The notes below the pieces were generated by a model. That model saw only the letters and a program-made list of their open reading frames with translations, was not told the DNA's origin and did no database searches. A stretch of DNA of 53,255 nucleotides from an uncultured archaeon (lineage in GTDB: Archaea; Asgardarchaeota; Lokiarchaeia; Sigyniarchaeales; SOKP01), in the NCBI GenBank assembly GCA_964632315.1, contig CAZWEM010000031.1:1-53255 (forward strand), given 5' to 3'. Numbering within the stretch: position 1 is the first letter of the stretch; every line of letters begins with the position of its first letter. Below are positions 27,286 through 36,696 of the stretch, one piece after another. The translations under genes were made by a program, and so were the position numbers.

Positions 27286-28065
27286 TCATTCTAAATGAGA
27301 GGATTCTACAGGTTTCCCCGGACTCCCTTGATAATAGAAAATGCCCGGTTTTCCTCTCCAATTTTTGTGGAGAACGGTATTTGGGAGGATTACATTATCC
27401 TTCGCAGTTACCGCATTTGGTCCTGCGATAATTCCTGGATAAAATGTTGTATTTTTACCTAATTTAATCTCAAGCATTGTTATCTTACCAAAAATAGAGT
27501 TTACAGCATGGCTCGATAATGCTGATGTGGGATATATAAACGTATTGTCACCAAGATTCGTAAATTCAAGACCAACATAACCATCGCAATATATCACGTT
27601 TCTACCGATTTTATTATGTCCAATTCTTCTAAGCGTTCTATTAACTAACCATGGCCAATTTGATTTTGAACTTAACCACATTGGATATTTTATGATGAAT
27701 CCTCTTTTGTGATAGTATTTAATCAATTCTCCCTCTGGACTATCTGGAATATCCAAAATTCGTTTAAATACTCCTTGAACTGGAGGTGACTTTTTATTCC
27801 AGTAATTTACCCATAATGCAGTAAATTCAATTAAAAAAATAAGATATAGATAATATAAACCCAAGAAAAATACAGGCAAGAGCAATAAATGGATAAATAA
27901 TGGAATTGAAAACAAATTTATAAAGAAATATTCAAAAATTAAAAAGAGCCCTAAACAGGGATAAAATGGGATAATAAAGCTCAAGAAGTTAATTTTAAAA
28001 AAATCTAAAGCTGGAAGTTTAACTGTTTGCCTTAATTTTTCTTCTTGATCTTCTTTTAGGGTCAT
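27286..28065 (-). CDS. Membrane protein with C-terminal left-handed beta-helix (acyltransferase-like; resembles Pls/NRPS terminal-domain repeat)
   Basis: Two N-terminal TM helices, then LRRIG..KIGRNV, LGDNT.I...S.LSSH, I.LGKN, ending YYQGSPG. Confidence 0.55.
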   Translation of the reverse strand: MTLKEDQEEKLRQTVKLPALDFFKINFLSFIIPFYPCLGLFLIFEYFFINLFSIPLFIHLLLLPVFFLGLYYLYLIFLIEFTALWVNYWNKKSPPVQGVFKRILDIPDSPEGELIKYYHKRGFIIKYPMWLSSKSNWPWLVNRTLRRIGHNKIGRNVIYCDGYVGLEFTNLGDNTFIYPTSALSSHAVNSIFGKITMLEIKLGKNTTFYPGIIAGPNAVTAKDNVILPNTVLHKNWRGKPGIFYYQGSPGKPVESSHLE

Positions 28066-28204
28066 AATGAAGAATTATAAAATCTATAAATAAAAAATTA
28101 TCTAATAATATTCAAGCTTTTAAAATAATCAAAAAACTCAAATTATTAAAAATCTTTTTTCGATCATTCTATCATTTTAATTATGAATATAGGTAATTAT
28201 TTGA

Positions 28205-29407
28205 ATGCATAAAGAAAGAAAGGTATTCAAATATCCTCGATTAACTCCATTATGGATAGCAGTATTCATAGATATACTTGGATTTTCCCTTATCCTTCCA
28301 ATGACAGGATTCTTTCAAGAGCTTTATCACACATCTACCATAATGATCGGGTTGGTATTATCAGTTAATGCAATGTTTGGGTTCATATTCGGACCAATAT
28401 TAGGAAAACTAAGTGATAACTTTGGAAGGAGACCTTTACTTTTAATTTCCCAGTTTGGCACTTTTATAGGATTTGTGTTACTCGCTTTCTCTAATTCATT
28501 GGAACTTCTGATCTTCTCACGAATTGTAGATGGAGTTTTTGGAGGAAATTTTCCGATCGCAAAAGCTATAGTTAGCGATGTTGTTCCTCCCAAAGATCGT
28601 GGAATTCAAATGGCTAACATTGGGATTGCCTATGTTTTAGCATCTCTGATTGGTCCCGGATTAGGAGGCATCTTGTTTTCTATAGGTGGAATTTTTTTAC
28701 CAGGTATGTTCGCTGCTGGTTTGTCAGTAATGACAATGATAGTTACTATCGTAGTTCTACAAGAATCATGGCCAAAAGAGAAGCGTATTAAAAGTATCGA
28801 AGTCTCGATAAATTATAAAGAGAAAATACTGAATAATAAGAATAGTATCTTTTTTTTGACTCTTTTTGGATTTCATAGCGTCTCCTTTATGATAATGATG
28901 AGTTCAATCTCATTCTTCGGTGTTTTAGTTTTGAAACTTGAAGTTTTAGAGATTTCATTTATAATGGTTATTTCTGGCATTGTTAGAACGACTATTAGAT
29001 TTACACTTTTTAAACCGACTCTGAAAAAATTTGGGGAAAGTAATGCAATTAGAATAGGATTAACAATGTTTTTAATCTGCTTTTTCTTAATTGGATTTTC
29101 TCCCAATGCCCTTATATTTTTTATCTTATTGATGATAGTAAGTTTTGCTGCCTCACTCACAAGAGGACCATTAAATAGCAAGATAAGTCAAACTGTTTCT
29201 CCAAAAGTACAAGGTAAAATTAATGGATATGGGTCTTCCTTAGACAGCTTTGCACAAATAGTGGGTCCATTGATTGGAACTTTTATGCTACAGTTTTTCA
29301 TGCCATTTTGGTTAGGCATCGTCATTGGATTGATTTCTTTCCCTCCATTCCTAATGGCATTTCAAAAAATCGAGGATAAATATTACAAACCACCATCTAT
29401 AGATTAA
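28205..29407 (+). CDS. MFS transporter, TetA/DHA1-like
   Basis: VFIDILGFSLILP, motif A GKLSDNFGRRP, SRIVDG, GPGLGG. Confidence 0.9.
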   Translation: MHKERKVFKYPRLTPLWIAVFIDILGFSLILPMTGFFQELYHTSTIMIGLVLSVNAMFGFIFGPILGKLSDNFGRRPLLLISQFGTFIGFVLLAFSNSLELLIFSRIVDGVFGGNFPIAKAIVSDVVPPKDRGIQMANIGIAYVLASLIGPGLGGILFSIGGIFLPGMFAAGLSVMTMIVTIVVLQESWPKEKRIKSIEVSINYKEKILNNKNSIFFLTLFGFHSVSFMIMMSSISFFGVLVLKLEVLEISFIMVISGIVRTTIRFTLFKPTLKKFGESNAIRIGLTMFLICFFLIGFSPNALIFFILLMIVSFAASLTRGPLNSKISQTVSPKVQGKINGYGSSLDSFAQIVGPLIGTFMLQFFMPFWLGIVIGLISFPPFLMAFQKIEDKYYKPPSID

Positions 29408-29430
29408 AAATAATGAAAAAAGAAATTATT

Positions 29431-30267
29431 TTAGGACTTTAAAAAATCAATTATCGCTTGATTCACTTCTGGCGCTTTTTCTAACGGACTGCTATGCCCC
29501 GCTTTATCAATAATAATGAATTTACTATTAGGAATTTGCTCATGTATTTCTTCCATGGTAGATTTGGGAATCAGTCTATCATGAGAGGCGGTTAAAATTA
29601 AAGTGGGGCTCTTAATCGATTTTAATCGATCAAATGTCTCATGACTTTTTAATGCACTTGCTTGTACTTCTATATCTTCTGCCGTAGGTGGATCAACTAT
29701 ACTTTCCTCAATCAAATCCTCTGCAGACCATAATCCGTACCACTTCTTCGAGGGATTTGCTTCCATTTCTTTTCGAAACTTTATATAATAGCCACTTCTC
29801 GCTCCGTCCCAAAAAGCTTTCACGTGATCTATCTTTTTTTGTTTTTCTTCCTCTAAACGCATGTTTTTATATACTAATGGACCATTCTCATCTGGAAATC
29901 CATAATTTGTATTGATTAAAATCATTTTTTTTATTCTCTCGGGATACTTTAAAACCATATTTTGTACTATCATCCCTCCTAAAGACCAACCAGCGATATT
30001 TGCCTTTTCTATTCCTAGATAATCCATTAATCCTTTAATGTCATCTGCGAAAACCTCCATTGTATAAACTCCTTTCGGGCGGTCGCTTTTTCCAGCTCCT
30101 CTATTATCAAATCGGATCACTTTGAAGTGTTTGGACAACACAGGGAATTGTGCAATCCAGCTTTCCTTTTTACTGCCAAATCCATGTACTAGAAGTAAAG
30201 GTTCTCCCTCTCCAGCTAATTCATAGCAAATTCTAATCCCATTAACATCAGCATATTGTTCGGTCAT
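29431..30267 (-). CDS. Alpha/beta hydrolase (PcaD-like)
   Basis: HGF, DNRGAGKS, nucleophile GWSLGG, acid HD, catalytic GH. Confidence 0.9.
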   Translation of the reverse strand: MTEQYADVNGIRICYELAGEGEPLLLVHGFGSKKESWIAQFPVLSKHFKVIRFDNRGAGKSDRPKGVYTMEVFADDIKGLMDYLGIEKANIAGWSLGGMIVQNMVLKYPERIKKMILINTNYGFPDENGPLVYKNMRLEEEKQKKIDHVKAFWDGARSGYYIKFRKEMEANPSKKWYGLWSAEDLIEESIVDPPTAEDIEVQASALKSHETFDRLKSIKSPTLILTASHDRLIPKSTMEEIHEQIPNSKFIIIDKAGHSSPLEKAPEVNQAIIDFLKS

Positions 30268-30298
30268 AAATTGAATTAACTTCCATAAATTATAAAGA

Positions 30299-31150
30299 TT
30301 AATCTTTTAGAAACTCAATAATGTGTTGATTTATTATTTGTGGATATTCTAAAATCGATTGATGAGCTGCTTTCTCTATAACAATAAACTTGCTGTTAGG
30401 AAGTAAATTATGAATTTTTTCATTCATCATTTTTGGGCACGATTTATCTTTATCAGCAGCAATGATTAGGACTTTATTTTGAACTTCAGGCAATCTTTCA
30501 TATACATTATGAGATTTTAAAGCCTCTGCTTGATGGTTTATGTCAGCTTCGGTGGGGCCATATTCGGTTTTTTCTTTGATTAAATCTTCCACGCTCCATA
30601 TACCATGAAACTTATGTTTGGGGTCCTCTTTCATTTTCTTCCAAAAATCTCGAGAATATGAATTCTTAGCTCCATTTAAGAATGCATTTAAAGGGTCTTG
30701 GTTCATTTCTTTTAAACCAGCAATTGCATTTTTTCTATACATTTCGATTCCTTGATCAGGAGGTACTCCTGGAGGCGTCATTCCTGGGATTGTGTTTATT
30801 AGAACAATTTTATTAGCTCGATTTGGGTAATTAATTGCAAAATTCTGGACTATCATACCACCAAGACTATGTCCGATGATATTCGTTTTTTCTATACTTA
30901 AATGGTCTAATAATCCTTTTATATCTTCTACGTAAATCTTCATCGTATATTCCATATCTGGTCTATCAGATTTACCCGCACCTCGATTATCAAGCCTAAT
31001 AGTCTTGAAATATTTTGATAAATTATCAAATTGACCACGCCAATGTTCTTTTCTATCACCAAACCCATGGACTAATAGAACTGGCTTTCCTTCTCCTTTA
31101 ATTTCATAACATAATTTTATTCCATTGATCTCAGCAAATAATTCTGTCAT
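30299..31150 (-). CDS. Alpha/beta hydrolase (PcaD-like), tandem paralogue
   Basis: HGF, DNRGAGKS, GHSLGG, DKD, AAH. Confidence 0.9.
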   Translation of the reverse strand: MTELFAEINGIKLCYEIKGEGKPVLLVHGFGDRKEHWRGQFDNLSKYFKTIRLDNRGAGKSDRPDMEYTMKIYVEDIKGLLDHLSIEKTNIIGHSLGGMIVQNFAINYPNRANKIVLINTIPGMTPPGVPPDQGIEMYRKNAIAGLKEMNQDPLNAFLNGAKNSYSRDFWKKMKEDPKHKFHGIWSVEDLIKEKTEYGPTEADINHQAEALKSHNVYERLPEVQNKVLIIAADKDKSCPKMMNEKIHNLLPNSKFIVIEKAAHQSILEYPQIINQHIIEFLKD

Positions 31151-31236
31151 AATAATTCAAACAAATGAATAAACATAAGGTTACTCATAATAATTATTAT
31201 AAAGGTTAAGATTAAATTGTCATTATTAAGGACTTT

Positions 31237-32001
31237 GTGAATTATATGATTGAAAAAGAGGTTCTGATCCAAAGTAAAAATGGAAGCACTCTTCATGGAG
31301 TGCTTTATTTGCATACTGATAATTCAATAAAAGAGTCAATAGTGATCATGTCCCACGGATTTACAGGCGATAAATATGAATGGGGACGCTTTCCAGAAAT
31401 GGCTAGAAGGTGCAATCAAGAAGGATACGATGCACTTATTTTTGATTTTTCTGGTTCAGGTGAAAATAAACGAGAGCCTATAACGATTACTAGGCAATTT
31501 AATGATCTTGAAAGTGTATACGAATGGACTAGAAGCGAGGGATATAAAAAAATTGCAGTATTAGGATTATCTCTGGGAGGGCTTACAACATTGGGTGCTA
31601 AAATATCTGATGTTGATGCTTATGTTTTCTGGGCCCCCGTTACATTTCTTCATACGACAGATGATCAGACAAGTTGGTTTAAGGACATAAGCAATGGTCC
31701 AGTGGAGATTCCAACTTCTGGAGAGGGTGGACCAATAGTCATTGATTTGAGTTTTGTGATTGAATTTGGTAAGTTCCGAGTAAAGCCTGCATTGAAAAGC
31801 TTAGATAAACCCGTATTAGTTGTTCAAGGCACAAAGGATGAATCTGTACCACATGAATTAACCAGAAAAGCATTTAAATTTTTTCCTGAAAACAAGAGAA
31901 ATGAATTAATAGAAATAGAAGGTGCGGGACATGATTTCGAAGGTGAACATCTTGAAAAGTTTATTGACACTACAATTCAGTGGCTAAAAAAGAATTTTTG
32001 A
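31237..32001 (+). CDS. Alpha/beta hydrolase (esterase/S9-like)
   Basis: SHGFTG, FDFSGSGE, GLSLGG, QGTKDESVP, GAGHDF. Alternative ATG at 31246. Confidence 0.88.
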   Translation: MNYMIEKEVLIQSKNGSTLHGVLYLHTDNSIKESIVIMSHGFTGDKYEWGRFPEMARRCNQEGYDALIFDFSGSGENKREPITITRQFNDLESVYEWTRSEGYKKIAVLGLSLGGLTTLGAKISDVDAYVFWAPVTFLHTTDDQTSWFKDISNGPVEIPTSGEGGPIVIDLSFVIEFGKFRVKPALKSLDKPVLVVQGTKDESVPHELTRKAFKFFPENKRNELIEIEGAGHDFEGEHLEKFIDTTIQWLKKNF

Positions 32002-32009
32002 ATGACCAA

Positions 32010-33050
32010 TTATAAATAATTCAGTATTTTAAATCCACAAATTTTGCATTTTCCGTTGTTATCTAATCCGATTTTCCTAATTAAAAATCCTTCCCTTTGG
32101 ATCACCTTATTTCCACAACTTGGGCAATAAGTATTTTCGTATTTTATCGAAGTGATATTTCCTAAATAGACGTATTTAAGTCCTACATCTTTTGCTACTT
32201 TATGTGCATTATGTAATGATTCTAAAGGCGTAGTTGTTTTAATGCCATATTCAGAGGATTTATAATGAGGAAAAAAACGAGTTAGATGCAATGGGGTATC
32301 TGATCCTAGCTCAGATTTTATGCGTTCTGATATATTCTTTATTATGTCTTTGCTTGTGTTTAAATTTTCGATTAATAAAGTCGTTATTTCTAGATGAATT
32401 CCTGATTCTCTTACTATTCGAGCATTTCGCCAAATTTTTTCAATATCTACTCCACAATATTTTTTCACCATTTCTGAGTCTCCTTTAATATCAATGTTGA
32501 TCGCATCTAAACCTGCTTCAATTAATGCTTTCAAAACATTTTCTGTCATGTATCCATTCGATACGTAAGTATTGTATAATCCATATTTCTTTGCTTTTTT
32601 GAATACATCCAAAGAATACTCGAAAAGTAAGGTTGGTTCATTGAATGATATCGATGTGCCATGAGCATTTTTTCGAAGTGCTAAATTTATGAGATCATCG
32701 GGAGAAATATAATTAGTTGACTCGACTAAATCTTCAATTGGTTCAAGAGGATGAGATAAATGGTGGTTCTGACACCAAAAGCAATTGAAATTGCTTCCGT
32801 ATGTACCAACCGTTATTGCCTTGCTTCCAGGATAAAAATGAAAAAATGGTTTTTTTTCAATTGGATTTAAAGAAATTGCGGGGATTTTTCCATATATTAT
32901 GGTGTGAATATTTCCATGAATATTCTTTCTTGTTTGACAATATCCTAATTGACCGTTTTTAATAAGACATTGTCTTTCACAAATCAAACATTGAGCAGTT
33001 TTATCTTGTACCCTCCTTTGAAACAGAGATTCTTTGATATTGGAATTCAT
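32010..33050 (-). CDS. AmmeMemoRadiSam-type radical SAM enzyme (first motif Cys replaced by Ser)
   Basis: CLICERQC..GYC..R N-terminus, PIEKKPFFHF.PGS, SNFNCFWCQN, SFNEP, VSNGY, NIDIKG, RFFP.YK, C-terminal CPSC/CKIC. Confidence 0.88.
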   Translation of the reverse strand: MNSNIKESLFQRRVQDKTAQCLICERQCLIKNGQLGYCQTRKNIHGNIHTIIYGKIPAISLNPIEKKPFFHFYPGSKAITVGTYGSNFNCFWCQNHHLSHPLEPIEDLVESTNYISPDDLINLALRKNAHGTSISFNEPTLLFEYSLDVFKKAKKYGLYNTYVSNGYMTENVLKALIEAGLDAINIDIKGDSEMVKKYCGVDIEKIWRNARIVRESGIHLEITTLLIENLNTSKDIIKNISERIKSELGSDTPLHLTRFFPHYKSSEYGIKTTTPLESLHNAHKVAKDVGLKYVYLGNITSIKYENTYCPSCGNKVIQREGFLIRKIGLDNNGKCKICGFKILNYL

Positions 33051-33085
33051 TGGATATTAATAAAGAAATCAAAATTTATATTTGC

Positions 33086-34447
33086 TTATCTAGTTTTCAG
33101 AATCGGCATTAATAGTTGGAATAATTTAGCATATAGAGTTCTGACAAGAGAAACTCTAAATAGTAAACGCATTAATCTTAATAGAAAGAATTTCTTTGGT
33201 CTAAATGTACTCCTTTTAACATCATAACTTATTTTGTTTATGAAAAAATTACGTTTAATCATGGATTGAATCAAGGAGTATGAAATTATTGTGATAATGT
33301 CCCAAGCACGCGATACATGATCATGGGGATAATTCAATTTTTCTCCCAATGCCATTCGAGTAATCTCAATCACGTGAAATACGTCTAATTTGCTTCTAAT
33401 TAACTCTTTTGTTGCCCATAACAAATAATAACATCCTGTACAATACGTTATTAACGCGCTAGCTCCAGTGTCTTCTGCTTCTTTAAATTTCTTTGTTCCT
33501 TCAAAGATGATATCGAAAGGAATAGATATATTTTTTACCCATGAGGCTCCTGCTCCAAAACCACAACAAAGTGAGTCCTGTTTTATGTGTTCCATTTCTC
33601 TTATATTGCAGCCACATTTTTCCAAAATTTCTCTTGGGTCTTCCCAATAAGCACCTCCTGATGCTTTAGAATAACAATTATCATGTACTGTTACAGTCAA
33701 GTCTAATTTGTTTTCCAATTCTAGCGTTCCAGAGTTTATATTTTCTAAAAGCCAATGGTTAAGATTCTGAAATGATTGTTCATGAGAAACTTTCATTTCC
33801 TTATCATGTACTACATTAAAGATATACTCAACGGCGTCTAAGGTTGCTACTATTTTTTTTACACCCCACGAATCAAAGTCGTTTTTCGTTTGTTCAGCTA
33901 TCTTCTTTACTACTTCAAGATATCCTCCTTGATAAAGATAGGCTCCTCCTTCCCATTGATCGATTAAGTCCAACGGTTTAAAATAATCAAGTATTTTACT
34001 TCCACCGATAATGAATGGAAAAAGGTGGGTGTAATTTCCTATTAATAAAATGTTATCATTTGGATTTGGTTCATTATTCATCCATTCATGAATCCAAGCC
34101 TTTTCCTTACTGTCTAAAAAAATATTTAACATTTGCCATATATTTGGCACCTCAGTAGGACATACAAATCGATAAAGAGGTGGAGCTCCTCTAGTTTTAT
34201 ATAAATCATTCCACCTTTCGAGAATTAATTGATATGGATTTGCATTTTGGGGACAATAGAGATTACACGAAAAACATGTGTTACATTTTTGAAGTGCATA
34301 TTTTGATTTTTTCCCCTCAATGAGATTCTTTACTTCTTTTTTTGCCTCTTCTAAAGGTAAATTTAGTACGGGGCATTTATGCAGACATAACCCACATAAA
34401 TCACATAAATCTTCCTTAAAACCAGAATTTCTATTACTAATTGTCAT
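33086..34447 (-). CDS. HdrD/GlpC-like Fe-S protein (2x[4Fe-4S] + CCG domains; first CCG degenerate)
   Basis: CDLCGLCLHKCP, CNTCFSCNLYCP; second domain HDNC..CCG..CTGC intact; first domain lacks Cys. Confidence 0.82.
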   Translation of the reverse strand: MTISNRNSGFKEDLCDLCGLCLHKCPVLNLPLEEAKKEVKNLIEGKKSKYALQKCNTCFSCNLYCPQNANPYQLILERWNDLYKTRGAPPLYRFVCPTEVPNIWQMLNIFLDSKEKAWIHEWMNNEPNPNDNILLIGNYTHLFPFIIGGSKILDYFKPLDLIDQWEGGAYLYQGGYLEVVKKIAEQTKNDFDSWGVKKIVATLDAVEYIFNVVHDKEMKVSHEQSFQNLNHWLLENINSGTLELENKLDLTVTVHDNCYSKASGGAYWEDPREILEKCGCNIREMEHIKQDSLCCGFGAGASWVKNISIPFDIIFEGTKKFKEAEDTGASALITYCTGCYYLLWATKELIRSKLDVFHVIEITRMALGEKLNYPHDHVSRAWDIITIISYSLIQSMIKRNFFINKISYDVKRSTFRPKKFFLLRLMRLLFRVSLVRTLYAKLFQLLMPILKTR

Positions 34448-34468
34448 ATTTTATATCATTCTTTATTT

Positions 34469-35743
34469 TTAATATGCCGTATCTAAATCTGGAGGAATTT
34501 CTGAAATGTCAGCTATTTTAAAGGTCTTCTTAGAAATTGTCTTTGGTAATTGATTTTTTATGATCCCCCAAAAGAAATGTTTCGCTCTTTTATTTTTAGT
34601 CTTATTTGACATTGGCTTTTCTCCAATGGCCATTTGTAAAAGTTCAATTATGTGATATACTTTAATTTTTTTCTTAAAATACAAGTTCATTGAAGTCAGG
34701 TAAGTTGCTAAACATCCCGCACAATATACACATAAAGCATCAACATTCTGTTCCTTAATTTCTTTTAAATTTCTGAAAGTAGATTTAGTCAATCTTAGAG
34801 GGTGGTATGCAGAATCAACAGAAAAACCTCCTCCAATCCCACAACATCTCATATCTTCCCTACAAGCATCAATTTCAACCACTTTTACTCCAATAAATTG
34901 TAGGATTTTTCTAGGTAAATCCATGTATTCCTCCCCAAACATTTTGGAATAGCAAGAATCTTGAATTGCGACTGTCATATCCAGTTTATCTTTTACAATT
35001 ACTTCGCCTTTTTCTATTTTCTCCCACAAATACTGAATATACGATTTTATTGACTCAAATTTATAATTTAACCCATAATGAGGTAGCACGTTTTTAAAGA
35101 CGTTTGTTCCAGCGGTACATAGCACTAATAAGTTTTTTGGTTTCAAACTATTAAACCACGCATCTAACCTTTTTGTGACTTGGAATAATTCATCTCGATA
35201 ACCTGTTCTGAATAATGTTTCTCCACAACAATACTCCAGACGCCCTCGAATATCCAAGTCTTTAAACAAACTACTTTGAGTTAATTCTGCAAAAGTTATT
35301 ACATTACATCCGGGATAGGTTAGTGTGTCTCCTTTAAGAGGAGTTAGACTTGCCCAACTCTTTACTAAATCCTTAGTTTCCTTGGGGAGTCGTTCCATGA
35401 CATAAGATCGAAAATTGGGATAGTGTGGATAAAGGGTCATGTAATATTTTCCTCTTATTTTCAAACCATCTTCCTTATATTGTTCATTCCATCTTTTTAA
35501 AATTAGGCTTGCTGGATGAGCATTCTCAGGACAGTAAAAGTTACAAGTAAAGCAACTCTGACAATTTTTTAAAACTATTGATGATTCATTTTCAATAATT
35601 TTTTTAATCTCAATTTTAGCTTCCTCTTCAGAAAAATCCATAACTGGACATTTTTCAAGGCAGATCCCACATCTTGTACAAGCATTTTCATCAAAAGGAT
35701 CAAAAAATTCAATGTTTATTGGATTAATATTCATTATATCCAC
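34469..35743 (-). CDS. HdrD/GlpC-like Fe-S protein (2x[4Fe-4S] + two CCG domains)
   Basis: CTRCGICLEKCP, CQSCFTCNFYCP, YPGC..CCG..CTAG, QDSC..CCG..CAGC. Confidence 0.85.
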   Translation of the reverse strand: MDIMNINPINIEFFDPFDENACTRCGICLEKCPVMDFSEEEAKIEIKKIIENESSIVLKNCQSCFTCNFYCPENAHPASLILKRWNEQYKEDGLKIRGKYYMTLYPHYPNFRSYVMERLPKETKDLVKSWASLTPLKGDTLTYPGCNVITFAELTQSSLFKDLDIRGRLEYCCGETLFRTGYRDELFQVTKRLDAWFNSLKPKNLLVLCTAGTNVFKNVLPHYGLNYKFESIKSYIQYLWEKIEKGEVIVKDKLDMTVAIQDSCYSKMFGEEYMDLPRKILQFIGVKVVEIDACREDMRCCGIGGGFSVDSAYHPLRLTKSTFRNLKEIKEQNVDALCVYCAGCLATYLTSMNLYFKKKIKVYHIIELLQMAIGEKPMSNKTKNKRAKHFFWGIIKNQLPKTISKKTFKIADISEIPPDLDTAY

Positions 35744-35795
35744 CTAATATTTAATATGATCTTAAAGGTCAAAAATCCTTAAAAACTTGCATAAT

Positions 35796-36611
35796 TCAAG
35801 AAGCAAATATTAAAATAATGAGAAAAAATAATACGAGATTTCCCAAAATTATTCCAATATCCTTTAAAGAATGCCTTCCGAGAAGATTTTTTCTTGGCGT
35901 TCTAAATATATACATTATACCTAAAGGAAAAATAATAATTGGAAAGAATATTAAGTATTGAGTTAAAATTATCATAAATATTCCCATTATTAGGGAAATT
36001 AATGATGAAATCCAAATAACCTTCTGTGAGGATTTAGGACTTAGTTTCGAAATTGAATCACCATCGATCATTTCATGCACCATTTGACCAGTATAAGCGA
36101 CTAAGGCAATTGATATAATTATCAACCACTCATTGAAACTCAACCCTGGAAAATACGTCAAAACTGTATCTCCTGCATTTATTTTAATCATAAAGTATGG
36201 TAATATTATATGTGATATTCCAAGAATAATGTGGTTAATAATCATTAGTGTTTTGAACAAACAGTAAAAAATTACCATTAAAATAATGATAATTAAATAA
36301 ATGGCAAGCAAGGGATGTACAATAATACTATTCATGAAGCAAGCTGACCCTAACGCAAAACTTGCAAGACTTAATACAAATATCTCCTTTCTTGTATATC
36401 CTTTGACTCTCTCTAATGTTTCTTTTTCATCCGGGTTCTTCATATCAATAAAATCATTTAAGGTATTTCCCGTAATAGCATAAAAAGCAAACCCTGATAA
36501 GATCCATAACTGATTAGCAAATCGCAAATCATTTAAGTATATAGCAAGTAAACAAGGAATTAATACAGAAAAGATATATTCAACGCGTAGAAGTTTAAAT
36601 CCCTTACTCAT
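35796..36611 (-). CDS. UbiA-family prenyltransferase
   Basis: About 8 TM segments; Asp-rich motif GNTLNDFID...D and second motif HEMIDGD. Confidence 0.72.
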   Translation of the reverse strand: MSKGFKLLRVEYIFSVLIPCLLAIYLNDLRFANQLWILSGFAFYAITGNTLNDFIDMKNPDEKETLERVKGYTRKEIFVLSLASFALGSACFMNSIIVHPLLAIYLIIIILMVIFYCLFKTLMIINHIILGISHIILPYFMIKINAGDTVLTYFPGLSFNEWLIIISIALVAYTGQMVHEMIDGDSISKLSPKSSQKVIWISSLISLIMGIFMIILTQYLIFFPIIIFPLGIMYIFRTPRKNLLGRHSLKDIGIILGNLVLFFLIILIFAS

Positions 36612-36696
36612 TTTTAACCAATTTAGCTTTATAGATCAATGAATTAATTCAGATTATCCTTTAAAAAATATAAAGATTATTTTAGCATGCTTTAGG

